Virus record (IMG/VR): IMGVR_UViG_3300033141_002284
Coordinates: 1 to 58,011 of that record
DNA from: a virus
Taxonomy: Duplodnaviria; Caudoviricetes
Strand: one strand, 5' to 3'
DNA: 58,011 nt
Below, one piece after another: positions 27,211 through 37,797 of this stretch. Positions within the stretch are counted from its first letter, which is position 1. The number at the start of each line of letters is the position of its first letter. The position numbers and the translations under genes were made by a program. The notes beneath the pieces are model-generated. The model did no database searches and was not told the origin of the DNA. It saw only the letters and a program-made list of their open reading frames with translations.

Positions 27211-27630
27211 AAAAGGGGGCAACCAGCTCATTTGATTCTGCTTTGCCACCTCCAATAATATTTCCTTCAATATTCTAAAAGACATATTATCTTCCACCCA
27301 TTCAACTGTTAATGCCTCATAATTATCATTTCTGTATTCAAACAGAAAGTTCAGAACCGCAGTTAATTCTTTAAAAACAATTTCCCCGCCTTCATCAATC
27401 AAAGATTGTAAGGTTATCTTGTCCCATTTGACATTACCTTTCCGATCAGTCGGCAGATTTAATTTTTCCTTTAATCCTTCAACTGTCTGGGTTATCAGTA
27501 TGACAAACTTTTTCGCTCTTCCGATTGCCATTTCGTTCATGTTTATTTTTTTCGATCCTACTGTAAAAATCGTCAGCGACTCTGATAATCTCTGGATCAG
27601 TTCTGTATTGTTTTTCAAATCCTTTTCCAT
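27175..27630 (-). CDS. Tail assembly chaperone (gpG-like)
   Basis: Upstream of TMP; ends in ...LPPFFQ containing slippery C CCT TTT TTT. Confidence 0.75.
   Translation of the reverse strand: MEKDLKNNTELIQRLSESLTIFTVGSKKINMNEMAIGRAKKFVILITQTVEGLKEKLNLPTDRKGNVKWDKITLQSLIDEGGEIVFKELTAVLNFLFEYRNDNYEALTVEWVEDNMSFRILKEILLEVAKQNQMSWLPPFFQSKFSEVLMK
27208..27219 (-). other. Programmed -1 ribosomal frameshift site
   Basis: CCC CCT TTT TTT (X XXY YYZ). Confidence 0.75.
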
Positions 27631-28618
27631 CTCTTTTTACAACCTCTCTAAAATCAGCTTTGGGGAATTCTGTTATTATTCCTTCGCTGCAATCAAACAA
27701 CTGCGGTCTGTCTATTTTATAAATGCTCATTAATGCAATTTTATATTCTATCTGCTCTTCCGTCGTCTGAATACCATTGTCAGCCATATGCAATGGTCTA
27801 TTTAATTTATCAATACAAACACATTCATTTTCTATCCATCTTTTTTTCCATAACCATCTTGGCTCAAACGGAAAACGCCACGGGATTTTGTATTCATTTG
27901 TTCTATTTATCCCCCAAGGATAACCGAAATCACAACCAACCATAAACAGAGGATCATAGCCCATAAAATGCGCAGTCTGAACCATATTATTAACAACACA
28001 GCCAGCATTTAAAATTCTTGCCGTAATATAAGGAAATAAGATCGGATTTATAAAACTGAAAAACTCCGATCCAAAAGCCTGTCCCTTTACATATTCTACC
28101 AATTCCTGCATAGTCCAGTTGCCCTCAATTCCCGTTGTTTCAACTTTCGGCACGTGCATCATTAAATAATATATTTTTGCCCATTTCCACCATTTAAGCA
28201 TTGTCGAATCAACCGCCGGATGCGTTAATAAAACCGAACCTTTCCAATTATAATTTTGCAAATAAAGTTTCGCGGCACCACCATCATAGGCGGCTATATA
28301 TTCCGGTTGCCTGTCATGATAAACAAAAGCCGACGCCATTGTTTCCGGCACAAAAAAAGGAAGCTTACAATCTTTTAAAATAGACAAATATTTAATCAAG
28401 CTTGGCCCTGCGCCTACAATTACCGCTGGCCCTTTATATTTTTGTTTAAAACTACTTAAATCATATTCTTTGCCAGATTCAAATTCTTTTTTGACCAAAT
28501 TGAAATTCGACGCAGTAGACCATGCCCACTTAGGTAACCACGCTGCTAATACGCCTCTATTTCTTTGTTCCTGAGTTTGTGTTATAAATTCACCCCGATT
28601 GTTTTCCGTTTTTACCAT
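27479..28618 (-). CDS. Maf / MAF_flag10 (DUF115, MptE-like) family protein, putative glycosyltransferase
   Basis: PAVIVGAGPSL, QPEYIAAYDG, AGCVVNNMVQTAHFMGYDPLFMVGCDFGY; TAATG-coupled to the tail tube gene. Confidence 0.78.
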   Translation of the reverse strand: MVKTENNRGEFITQTQEQRNRGVLAAWLPKWAWSTASNFNLVKKEFESGKEYDLSSFKQKYKGPAVIVGAGPSLIKYLSILKDCKLPFFVPETMASAFVYHDRQPEYIAAYDGGAAKLYLQNYNWKGSVLLTHPAVDSTMLKWWKWAKIYYLMMHVPKVETTGIEGNWTMQELVEYVKGQAFGSEFFSFINPILFPYITARILNAGCVVNNMVQTAHFMGYDPLFMVGCDFGYPWGINRTNEYKIPWRFPFEPRWLWKKRWIENECVCIDKLNRPLHMADNGIQTTEEQIEYKIALMSIYKIDRPQLFDCSEGIITEFPKADFREVVKRDGKGFEKQYRTDPEIIRVADDFYSRIEKNKHERNGNRKSEKVCHTDNPDS

Positions 28619-29391
28619 TAAGTCTCCAAGCTCCATTCAAATAATTGTTTCCCTGGATTTTTTGACAAATCACCTAACAGATGGAATGTCATGGGAATAC
28701 CCGAAAATTCTGCCGCCATAGAAATAGCAGCATCCGATGAACCTATATGCTTTGCCCTAAAGCCTTTGAACTGTAGTGCTTTGCCGCCATCAAGAATGTG
28801 TACTAATTTTAATTCGGCTTCAAAATCGGCAAGTTGGCCACCGCCCGACAATATAGAAACTGTAGATGTTTTATTATATTCGACAATAACTGTATCGCCA
28901 TCACCGATGGTGGTTCCTGTTATTCTTGCAATTGTTCCGCTTGCTGCCGTAGAAGTAAAATCTGTTCCTCTCACATAAGCAGTCGCAAAACCCGGACTCC
29001 AAACATTAATTGTGCCAGAAATATATCCAGCTCGATCTAGCGTGTTTGAAGCATATCCTGCTAAAGTTTGTTCTTCCCGATATCGTTGTATCGAGCTTGA
29101 TGTTGCACTGTAAGCCGTTGTCGATATGGTCCCGACTGCATCAAACCCTGTTGCAGCATCATATACATATCTCATGTTGGCAAGATCAAAATCGGCAATA
29201 ACAACATCTATCTCCATTACTTCTTTGGTTTTTCGTGATATAACATTCACGCCATGATCTTCTAATCCGGCCTGAACGGTTTCTTTTGAATAACGAAAAC
29301 TCGCCTGACTTTTCGGGCTTCCCATCCGGACATCATTCCAATAAATTTGAACGGGCCCTATGGGGATTTTCTTCGCTACTGTTGTACTCAT
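28618..29391 (-). CDS. Major tail (tube) protein
   Basis: KIPIGPVQIYW..V.MG, ...GIPMTFHLLGD..K; Ig-like insertion; position. Confidence 0.75.
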   Translation of the reverse strand: MSTTVAKKIPIGPVQIYWNDVRMGSPKSQASFRYSKETVQAGLEDHGVNVISRKTKEVMEIDVVIADFDLANMRYVYDAATGFDAVGTISTTAYSATSSSIQRYREEQTLAGYASNTLDRAGYISGTINVWSPGFATAYVRGTDFTSTAASGTIARITGTTIGDGDTVIVEYNKTSTVSILSGGGQLADFEAELKLVHILDGGKALQFKGFRAKHIGSSDAAISMAAEFSGIPMTFHLLGDLSKNPGKQLFEWSLET

Positions 29392-29798
29392 ATTCTTTCC
29401 CTCCGATAGAATACCTGGAAAATAATTGCTCTTCCAAAAGCATTCAAATCTTCATCGTATAATTCTTCGGTCATGGTATCTACTATAATCCGTATACCAT
29501 AACTGTCATTGTTTGGCATTTGATTCAATAACCGGATTATTCTTTCAGCTATCGTTTCATAGCTGGTATCCCGTGTCCATATTGTAACAGTCAAAGACAC
29601 TCTCATTATCCGACAATCAAAATCCTCTTGTGATATTACCACATTACCAAACCGATATATTACTTCTGGCAAATCTGGTTTCTCCGGCGGTTGGATATAA
29701 AAAGTTCTGTAGGGATCAGCAGCAGGATCACCAAGCAATCCTAAATAAGTCGAATCACCCGTTAATATATTATAAACCTGATCCTTTAAATCATTCAC
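29388..29798 (-). CDS. Tail terminator / completion protein
   Basis: VYNILTGD...LGLLG, P...P.VIY; position. Confidence 0.7.
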   Translation of the reverse strand: MNDLKDQVYNILTGDSTYLGLLGDPAADPYRTFYIQPPEKPDLPEVIYRFGNVVISQEDFDCRIMRVSLTVTIWTRDTSYETIAERIIRLLNQMPNNDSYGIRIIVDTMTEELYDEDLNAFGRAIIFQVFYRRERI

Positions 29799-30211
29799 CC
29801 AAACACCCTCGACAATTCATTTGCCATTATTCTAATGTTTTCTCCTTGCGTATCCTCCAGCCCAGGCACTAAAAAAGGATAAGCCCGTCTGTTCGGCCCT
29901 CCCAGTTCAACCAGAGCCCCATAATCCATCCCAACTCTGATTTCTATTTCAGCTCCATTTCTAAAAACCTTGACCTTGCTTCTATGAATCGAATTTATCA
30001 AATCCTGCGACCACACATAAAAATGTTTATGTGGATGCGCCTTCACTGTTTTCTTGTCCAGAGATTTTCCCCAAAGATGCTCCTGCTTCGTCTTGATATG
30101 ATTTATCGTATTTCCGGCTGCGTCTTCCAGTGCTCTTTTTATCGCCGGATTCGTCCAGTTGTCTACTCTCCGCAGGTTTTTTTGTAATTCTTCTAATCCC
30201 TGCAAGGCCAT
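29795..30211 (-). CDS. HK97 gp10-like neck protein
   Basis: GLEELQKNL, DYGALVELG..R.AYPFLVPGL. Confidence 0.8.
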   Translation of the reverse strand: MALQGLEELQKNLRRVDNWTNPAIKRALEDAAGNTINHIKTKQEHLWGKSLDKKTVKAHPHKHFYVWSQDLINSIHRSKVKVFRNGAEIEIRVGMDYGALVELGGPNRRAYPFLVPGLEDTQGENIRIMANELSRVFG

Positions 30212-30313
30212 ATAATTCCTCCAAAGTATATACCTGCCGCATATACCTGATTGTTTTTTCTCCTCTAGCCTCGGCTGCTCTGATATGTCCTATTGTTAAT
30301 TTTCCTGGCAGCA

Positions 30314-30670
30314 TTATCTATTCTCCACTTTCTTGGCATATATTTCTTTATGATCTTCGAATACATCAATCTGTAATACCTCATAATAATCGGTCGGTGC
30401 AGCATTTTTTCTAATTCGATGCATGGTTGATACGGTCGATGTCCACGGGAACATAATCAAATCGGTTGCTTCGGAAATAATTCCTTTACCTTCCCGATCC
30501 GATCTTCCCCGATATGGAAAAAACATCACGGTGCTCGATGATACCACCGTACTTGTACTTTCAACATGCGGCCTTGATTCGTAATCAATAGTAGCCGAAT
30601 ATACTGTTACCGCTACCGCTCCCTCGGGATCATCGCTAATAATATTGACTGTATCTTCCCTCCGAATCAT
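30314..30670 (-). CDS. Head closure / head-tail joining protein
   Basis: Position; YEVLQID..EDHKEIYAK. Confidence 0.6.
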   Translation of the reverse strand: MIRREDTVNIISDDPEGAVAVTVYSATIDYESRPHVESTSTVVSSSTVMFFPYRGRSDREGKGIISEATDLIMFPWTSTVSTMHRIRKNAAPTDYYEVLQIDVFEDHKEIYAKKVENR

Positions 30671-30927
30671 GCAATTGTCTCTCCGATATATTCGGATATA
30701 TCAACGCCAAATTCATCGACACCCAACGCAACATGCCGGATGTCTTCATACGGCTCTACCTCGGCAAGGGCCTGATATTGAGCCCTTGCCTTCAGTAAAG
30801 TATTTAAAATCTCGCTTTTATTAACCGATTTCTGGCCCAATTTATAAGATGCAATGTCATTAGGACTTGCTATAATAGTAGCAATTTTTGCATCAAGAGT
30901 AGCCAGCATATCAGTTACAGTACTCAT
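30667..30927 (-). CDS. Head-tail adaptor (gpW-like)
   Basis: SYKLGQKSVNK..IL..L; follows the capsid gene. Confidence 0.6.
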   Translation of the reverse strand: MSTVTDMLATLDAKIATIIASPNDIASYKLGQKSVNKSEILNTLLKARAQYQALAEVEPYEDIRHVALGVDEFGVDISEYIGETIA

Positions 30928-30937
30928 TTATAACCTC

Positions 30938-32083
30938 TTAACTCGCGCCGGTGGAGGCAAACACATAGCGATTTGTTATCGCTCCGCAGCCGCCCATGAA
31001 CCGGGCTTTAAAGCGAAAAAGAACATCTCTCTCGAATTCCTGATCATTCCCTTTCTTAGCCTGAAAAGTCCTAAGAGGAAATACTTCAGTATAAACAAAT
31101 TGTTTTTTTGGATCGCCATAATACCAATATTTAGCACCCTTCAGACTATCCACATACGGACTGTAAAGATGCTTAATTCCCATTTCTTGAGAATACACAT
31201 TGAAATTGCCCGCAGGCGCAGTCAATATAACATTCTGTTTCGATCTGGTAATTGTCCTTCCGACACCCATAAGGGCCATCGAAGTAAATAAAACTTTCGG
31301 TACTAATGCCAGTAAAGTTCCATTCTCATCCGTATAACTAGCCATAGCCGCAGTTGCTGCATCAAGATCGGTTTCATCGGCAAGCGTATTGGTTCCCAAG
31401 TTGTTTAGCGTATCGCTGGTATAGGGATCAGCTGATGCTGAATTATATAATGTAGTTGCTGTTCCGCCCGGCCGCCATGAGGCATATTCACCAGTAGAAA
31501 CATATTCCGTAACTGCACTTATGATGATTTCCTCTTGTTTCGCTTTTGCCATTTCCCCAACACGCCTTGCTCTGTTTACAATCTGGTGTGTCTTGTCGAA
31601 TTTTACCATTTCTTCAGACACCGAAATAATCCGACCCCATTTTCTGTTTTTAACTTTATGATATTTCTCAGTAACCGAACCTTCCTGATAAGGCATCAGT
31701 TCCGGCACTTCTTGCATGGTATCATCGTCAGCAAAACCGACAATAACATCATCTTTTTGAGTAGATGGTATTTTTGTAACCAACTGAAAACCTATGCCAT
31801 ATTCCAGATCATAGGCTTCCTGCACCACTTTGTTAATTAGTGCTCCAGTTATTTTCGGGAAAGTCGAGCTATCCACGGCCTCTTTAAATTCTGCCTCGGT
31901 TACCGCTCTGTCTAAGATGTTTCTATCTCTTGCAAAATCCGGTCTTCCCATTGCTTCCCACAGTCCCTTGAGTGAAAAATTCTCGGCGTTGAGTTTCCCC
32001 TCATGGATCATGTTAAGCATATTGACAGCGAACCTTTTTTCTCCGTCGCTCTCGTATAATTCTTTAAGTCTTGTATAATTCAT
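30938..32083 (-). CDS. Major capsid protein (Mu gpT-like)
   Basis: FPKITGALINKVVQEAY, KWGRIISVSEEMVKFD, LVPKVL. Confidence 0.88.
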   Translation of the reverse strand: MNYTRLKELYESDGEKRFAVNMLNMIHEGKLNAENFSLKGLWEAMGRPDFARDRNILDRAVTEAEFKEAVDSSTFPKITGALINKVVQEAYDLEYGIGFQLVTKIPSTQKDDVIVGFADDDTMQEVPELMPYQEGSVTEKYHKVKNRKWGRIISVSEEMVKFDKTHQIVNRARRVGEMAKAKQEEIIISAVTEYVSTGEYASWRPGGTATTLYNSASADPYTSDTLNNLGTNTLADETDLDAATAAMASYTDENGTLLALVPKVLFTSMALMGVGRTITRSKQNVILTAPAGNFNVYSQEMGIKHLYSPYVDSLKGAKYWYYGDPKKQFVYTEVFPLRTFQAKKGNDQEFERDVLFRFKARFMGGCGAITNRYVFASTGAS

Positions 32084-32093
32084 TAGATAATCC

Positions 32094-32549
32094 TTATAAC
32101 GCCAATATTTCAGCCTGGAATTTTCCAGGTAAGAACTGCACTAGAACCTCTGTTCCTGCTGTTCCCAATTCCTGGATGCTTACCGCCACCGCATTAGTCG
32201 CTGAAGAAGAAATGGTAGTCATTTCTCCCATCGAATCAAGCGTCTGATTTCCGGTAATTTTAAAATATGTGCCAACAGTATATGTTGAACTATCGTCAAC
32301 GGTCATTTCAAAAACCGTACCATGCCCGATTTCTGCCATTCTTACACTCTGGCCACTCGCATCACTTGTCGGGGATGCACTCATAGCAATCCCAACCAGA
32401 TTTTTTGAATCAGCAGATGTAGTACATGGAGTTACTGTTCCACCAGCAACCCATTTCAGCATATCGCCCTGTTCAACATCTACAGTTGCAGATTTATCAA
32501 CCCACTTCAAAACAAGCGGGCCCCATCTGTATCGCATTTTGTTACTCAT
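32094..32549 (-). CDS. Capsid decoration/cement protein
   Basis: VEQGDML...LVGIAM; between scaffold and capsid genes. Confidence 0.7.
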   Translation of the reverse strand: MSNKMRYRWGPLVLKWVDKSATVDVEQGDMLKWVAGGTVTPCTTSADSKNLVGIAMSASPTSDASGQSVRMAEIGHGTVFEMTVDDSSTYTVGTYFKITGNQTLDSMGEMTTISSSATNAVAVSIQELGTAGTEVLVQFLPGKFQAEILAL

Positions 32550-33945
32550 TTATAACTGCCTCGTACTCTTTCTTTTTTGCCTCAAGGACTTCTTGGGTCT
32601 GCTCACCATCAGTATTGGTTTCATCGCCCATGCCATTGACGCCTTCTCGTGACTTTTCGATCAATTTTACTCGATCCTCGATGAGAGCCTTTATATCCGC
32701 CTCATCTTTTCCATCTCTCAAAGATTCCATAAACCTTGGTGTTACAAATTCTTTATTATCTTTTAGCTTTGACACCTCGATAAATTCAAGAATTTTCACC
32801 TCTCGATTTCTGGCAGCTTCTTTAACCTCGGCTTCATCAACCTTTTTTTTCAAGTCGATATTTTCTTTGGTTAAAGTTTCATTAGATTCTTTGAGTTTTT
32901 TTAATTCCTCGTCATTCTGCATATTCTCTTTTACCTCGCTCTGCACAGCCTCTATAATATCAGGCCGTGATTCTTTTAGCTCTTTTAATTCGATTTTTGT
33001 ATAATCCATTTCCTCAATCTCTTCCTCTCCATGTTTAGATTCAAATAGATTTATTGTTGATCCTGTCTCGGTTACAAGATCGGCGGATGCTAATTTGCTA
33101 ATGCTTTCCGTAACGCCAACATTATTATCTCGATCTATACTCATCGGCCCGAAAGCATGTATTGATAATCCCACTTTATCGGCCATGTTGTCAACTAGAT
33201 CTTCAAGCCTTTCTGCATTTGTTTTTAAATAATGAATATCAGCTCTTACAACATTGTTTTCTAATCGGCCATTTTCAAAATATCCAGCTAAATCGCTTGT
33301 TTTCCGAACGCCTCTATTATCTCGATCCTCACTTTCACTCGCATGATCTATATAAAATTTCTTTCCAGTTATCAATTTTGCAATATCTTTTAATGCCTGT
33401 TCTGAAAATTTTGTGCCTTTAGTACCCTTAATATATGTGTTAGAAGATGTTGGCCGTAAGATAGCAACATTTTTTATTATTCGTGCTTCTTTATCAATAC
33501 TGTTTTCTACAAACTGTCTATCAATTATAGCTTCTCTAATTTCAATATCCACTTTATCCCCCTGCTTGTTTTCTTTGTATTCGCCTATATTATATCTTTG
33601 GAGTAATTTCTTGATTTTTGATCTTATTTCAGAAGGTACTTTCATTGGCGTGCCGGTTCTTGCCCCGCCCAAAGCAGCAGCAATAGCTCGTAGAGCGCCA
33701 AGGTTAACCGGCCCTGCGCTGCGATACATTTTTGTATCGGGATCTAGTCCGCCCGTGCCTTCCCGATACGGTAAATGCCATGTTGCTTTTTTATTAGGGT
33801 CTTCTATCCACAGAAAGCACGATCTAGGTAGTTTACTTTTATCTACATCAGCCCATGCTCGCTGACTTGAGTCTTGTTCTAATATTTTCTGAACTTGCTG
33901 GTCTAAATAAACAGCATATAAAACATTATTTGTTACTTTATCCAC
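32542..33945 (-). CDS. Prohead protease-scaffold fusion with extra N-terminal domain
   Basis: YIDH, VGLSIHA, SADLV catalytic-type motifs; coiled-coil C-terminus; N-terminal WHLPYRE...VNLGALRAIAAALGGARTG. Confidence 0.8.
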   Translation of the reverse strand: MDKVTNNVLYAVYLDQQVQKILEQDSSQRAWADVDKSKLPRSCFLWIEDPNKKATWHLPYREGTGGLDPDTKMYRSAGPVNLGALRAIAAALGGARTGTPMKVPSEIRSKIKKLLQRYNIGEYKENKQGDKVDIEIREAIIDRQFVENSIDKEARIIKNVAILRPTSSNTYIKGTKGTKFSEQALKDIAKLITGKKFYIDHASESEDRDNRGVRKTSDLAGYFENGRLENNVVRADIHYLKTNAERLEDLVDNMADKVGLSIHAFGPMSIDRDNNVGVTESISKLASADLVTETGSTINLFESKHGEEEIEEMDYTKIELKELKESRPDIIEAVQSEVKENMQNDEELKKLKESNETLTKENIDLKKKVDEAEVKEAARNREVKILEFIEVSKLKDNKEFVTPRFMESLRDGKDEADIKALIEDRVKLIEKSREGVNGMGDETNTDGEQTQEVLEAKKKEYEAVINE

Positions 33946-34392
33946 TTACCATAATTTATGCAGATGCCTGTTTTTATCTATCTCTATCCGGTCTCCATAA
34001 CCAACTAATCTGCTATTTGGTTCATTTATGATTTCCCGCCGTTCTTCACCATAATTTTCTTTTATGTAAGCAATTACAATTTTCAAATATTTATGGTTTT
34101 CTTTTCTTCTTAATTCTTCCGCATCTTTGCGTGCATTTCTTGCTTTTAATAAAGCCGCCTTAATCTGTTCTTCTCCAACTAATCTTTTTTCACTAATCCT
34201 GACCTTTGTGTCTGAATCAAGATTCCCTGCATCATCCATGGCCTTTTTCCAACCGCCAAACTTTAATGCAAGATTAGCTCCCAGTTCATTCATCATCACG
34301 CCACCAGATAGAGATAACCCTTGTTCAATATGATTAACATATTTTTGTTCAACTTTAACCCTACCCATTTCTTTCGTAGTGGTTTTTCCCAT
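33946..34392 (-). CDS. Hypothetical protein
   Basis: 148-aa ORF with AGGAG SD. Confidence 0.6.
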   Translation of the reverse strand: MGKTTTKEMGRVKVEQKYVNHIEQGLSLSGGVMMNELGANLALKFGGWKKAMDDAGNLDSDTKVRISEKRLVGEEQIKAALLKARNARKDAEELRRKENHKYLKIVIAYIKENYGEERREIINEPNSRLVGYGDRIEIDKNRHLHKLW

Positions 34393-34440
34393 TATAAAAA
34401 CTCCTTACTATATATAGTCTTTCTATTTATTATATTTTTG

Positions 34441-35373
34441 TCAAGTGCTTTTTGTAACATTTACAGTTGCTCCACTTTTTAAAATATCTCTTCTTATAAC
34501 ATCGGTCAAGTAACATAAGCACTGAGGATGCGATATTGGTATTTCTCCACCAGGATAAATACCGCTTCCCAATCCATATAAATCCTGTGATGCGTAAGTA
34601 TCGCATTCCCCGCATTCTATTGCCCCGGCTACTCTATTCCACTTAACTCCGGTAATCCATGCCCGGCTTTTTGCATATTCACTTTGCGCTAATCTGAAAG
34701 CATTATTTGTTTCTGTCCGCATAATTCTTTCAGTATTTTTATAAGCAGACTTATAAACTCCCCGACCCGGAGGATGCTCTTTAAAAAAAGCTTTCCATTT
34801 TTTTGTTCTCATATCCGAATCGGATATTAATAACATTCGCCTTACTTGTTGCGCAATAGAATAACTCGGCTCGCCATATAAATAACCTTTAGCTATTAAT
34901 CGTCTTATTTGAGTTATAGTTGTTTTATGGACATCCCATACTCTTTCACTTAATTCAATACCATCAAGCGGTCTGCGAAATAATGCTCTTATTGCATCAT
35001 GGTAAATACTATTAAATACTGAAGATGTCGGATCAATAACAAAAGTAGCCGGCATAAAATCTCTGTATACTGATAACCGATCTATCGAGTTATCTATTCC
35101 CATTTTAACCGATTTATTTATTGCAACATTAATAGAATTTAATACTCGATTATCTAACCGTTTTATTTCATTATCTATGCTATTTAATAATACTCTTAAT
35201 TTCGCTTTTGGTATCGGCGCTTCTTCAAGCATTATTTTAGTGCCGATCTTCCCGGCAGCCTTTTTATATGTCCGCCATAATTGTTTTTCACTTACCTCCT
35301 GATAAGATAGATGCACTTTACGGCCTTTTAATATAGCGGCTTTATTTTTTTTATCGGCTTCATCTATTGTCAT
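34441..35373 (-). CDS. Minor head morphogenesis protein (SPP1 gp7/MuF-like)
   Basis: LSERVW, ERIMRTETNNA, C..CD..A, HPQCLC. Confidence 0.85.
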   Translation of the reverse strand: MTIDEADKKNKAAILKGRKVHLSYQEVSEKQLWRTYKKAAGKIGTKIMLEEAPIPKAKLRVLLNSIDNEIKRLDNRVLNSINVAINKSVKMGIDNSIDRLSVYRDFMPATFVIDPTSSVFNSIYHDAIRALFRRPLDGIELSERVWDVHKTTITQIRRLIAKGYLYGEPSYSIAQQVRRMLLISDSDMRTKKWKAFFKEHPPGRGVYKSAYKNTERIMRTETNNAFRLAQSEYAKSRAWITGVKWNRVAGAIECGECDTYASQDLYGLGSGIYPGGEIPISHPQCLCYLTDVIRRDILKSGATVNVTKST

Positions 35374-36872
35374 TCTTTTGGTAATTCTTCTTTTGCTGCT
35401 TTCCTGAATGCCTCATCTTCTTTGTCTTCTGGTAATGGTGCCTCACCGCCCGTTTCGTTTTCTTCTTCTTGCCGGATTAATTCCTGTTCTGCTTCATAGT
35501 CCCGGTCAAGATCGGCGGCCGCGGTATGGTCTGAAATCCAACCTTCGTTTCTTTGCAACACCAAAGCTTCACATAGTTTTTTTATATCCCTGGCTACAAT
35601 CTCAGGAAATATTATATTGCATTCTGTACTGACAGGCTCTCTTACCTCTTCCTCTACTGTTATAGTTGTGCCGTTTTTTTCTTTTGGCATTTTCTTCTTA
35701 TATATTTCATGGGTCGGCAGTTTGCCTCTGTCTATAGCATGTTTAATAACTCTCTCAAAAATATTTTCAAATACTATCGAAAAATAATCTTGCCAATCCT
35801 CAATCTCCATTACTGCCGGGCCCTCAGCAATCAGCGAACTCGCATAATTGGCATTAGAGCTGTCAGCGCTAATCATACATTCAGACATCCCTACTCCTGT
35901 GGCTATCGCTAATAAAATAGCCCTACCATCATATCTCACATCGCTCGCTTGTAATTTAGGTGCCATCATATCATATTCAACACCCTTGTTTGTAGTGAAA
36001 ACACTTACCCCTTCCGGTGCTCTATGATAAGATGTTTTATCAGGTGCCAACTGTTTGCTGGTTTTAATCCTGTCTGCCATTGCTATGTTGGCCGCTTGTG
36101 TCGGCGTGCCTGTTACTTTTTTTACTAATCCAACCGCCGCTCTAACCTTATTTAATCTCATCCGATCTTTGAGCCAATCATTATACATCTTTACTAATGG
36201 TGCAATTATTTCTAAAAATGATCGGCCTCGCTTGACATCAAAATCAACCATTATTTTATTATGATCTACTTCTTCGGCAGGTATCCTGTTGCCCTTGTAC
36301 CAATATGCCAATACATTCTCAATATCATCTTTATCGGTTTCAATCCCATGTGTACAAATCCCAACTATTCCATCTTCTTTATCGGGATCATTTATTTTAT
36401 CTGGATTCATAAAGCGTACAGCTATTATCCCACCATCATCAAAATATCGAATGAATATTTCACCATCTCGCATAAGCCGTCGTACAATTTCTTTTTTGCG
36501 CAAATCCATCCTGTTGTGTTTCCAGAATTCTTTCCAAACATCAACCACCGATTCAAGGGTAGACATTGGCGATATTTGAAATCCCCGGCCCACAACATAT
36601 TTCTCAATTAATCGAATAATATTTCTTGCATGGGGTTCTTTATAATAAAATTTAGTAGCTTGTTGCCGGAGGGTTGTACTATCTGTCTCACTTAATTCTT
36701 TTTCGCTGGAAGCTCCCAATTCGATCCACTGATCTTCATCTTTGTCTTTCAGACTATCCAGCGATTTTAATGTTTCCGCTTCCAATTGCTCAATATATTT
36801 AATTGCTAATTCTGTTTGCTTGATTCCTAATATTTGATCAAGTCGGCGTCTTTTTAATCCTTCAAACATCAA
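35370..36872 (-). CDS. Portal protein
   Basis: RDGEIFI, RGRSFL, AIATGVGM...D.SNANYASS. Confidence 0.88.
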   Translation of the reverse strand: MMFEGLKRRRLDQILGIKQTELAIKYIEQLEAETLKSLDSLKDKDEDQWIELGASSEKELSETDSTTLRQQATKFYYKEPHARNIIRLIEKYVVGRGFQISPMSTLESVVDVWKEFWKHNRMDLRKKEIVRRLMRDGEIFIRYFDDGGIIAVRFMNPDKINDPDKEDGIVGICTHGIETDKDDIENVLAYWYKGNRIPAEEVDHNKIMVDFDVKRGRSFLEIIAPLVKMYNDWLKDRMRLNKVRAAVGLVKKVTGTPTQAANIAMADRIKTSKQLAPDKTSYHRAPEGVSVFTTNKGVEYDMMAPKLQASDVRYDGRAILLAIATGVGMSECMISADSSNANYASSLIAEGPAVMEIEDWQDYFSIVFENIFERVIKHAIDRGKLPTHEIYKKKMPKEKNGTTITVEEEVREPVSTECNIIFPEIVARDIKKLCEALVLQRNEGWISDHTAAADLDRDYEAEQELIRQEEENETGGEAPLPEDKEDEAFRKAAKEELPKE

Positions 36873-37141
36873 TATTCACCATTTGCATAAAACTCTGCTA
36901 TTATCTCGGCTACCTCTTTACTATATCCATCTGAAATTAATTGTCCAGTATTGGCAAGAATAATGTCACCGCTTGCACCTTGTTTTAAACTTTCTTTTAT
37001 TCCTTTACTTTTCCGCCATTGGCTGTAACATATACCAGCTCTTACTTTTTGCTCATATTCTGCAACCATAGTAGGATCAGATAGACAACGGGCAATAAAT
37101 TTCTTTTCTTGTTCATTAGGTCTTACAGTTGGGATCGGCAT
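36869..37141 (-). CDS. Small conserved head-module protein
   Basis: MPIP...E...FIARC......EY....R.GICYSQW. Confidence 0.7.
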   Translation of the reverse strand: MPIPTVRPNEQEKKFIARCLSDPTMVAEYEQKVRAGICYSQWRKSKGIKESLKQGASGDIILANTGQLISDGYSKEVAEIIAEFYANGEY

Positions 37142-37725
37142 TTAAAACTCCTCTTCTGATTGGTTTTTCTCCTCTTAGTTTAGCTTCCTTTTCAAACAAT
37201 TTTGCTCCGATTAAACATAATTCTTTATAATTTAAAATAGAAAGTTTTAATAGTAATTCTATAAATCGCTTTTTAAATCCTATTCTTTTTTTCATCTCCA
37301 ACCTCCTTTTATTATAAATCTTTTTATAATAAAATATGACAATGAGCGTGTTCTTTGTTTTGGCGTTACTCCCAACGTATTTTTCTACCTACGAATATCT
37401 TCTGAATTAATTCTTTTTCTGCATTTGAAAACTCCGGTTTATGAATTGTTGAAACTATTAATGGTATCCCGCATGTACTACAAATTGTTAGTTTAAACGG
37501 ACAACCTTTCAATTCACATAAATCACACATTATTTATAAATCCTCTTTATGATTAAATACTTTTTCGAATTCACTATTAATTAAGTGCATTTCTATTGAT
37601 ACCCCGCATAATTTGTTTAATAACCACTCGCTACAACAAAGAATAAGCGTTTTTATTTTATTCACTCTTTTGTGAGAATTAATCCTGTATTTCAATCTAT
37701 AAACAATACGACTTTGCATTTTCAT

Positions 37726-37748
37726 AATTATAAACCCTCTTTACGATT
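37726..37748. repeat. Dispersed palindrome copy (degenerate)
   Basis: aattataaa ccctc tttacgatt. Confidence 0.5.
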
Positions 37749-37797
37749 TAGCATCTTTCACTTCTATCTTTTAATAAAATAGCCAAGTAAACTATTT

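Noticed and set aside
27479-28618. Folate-pathway MptE pterin diphosphokinase
   Set aside because: Same Pfam fold, but length, the MG..P...VG.D..Y motif and the genomic context favour a Maf-like glycosyltransferase; not formally excluded
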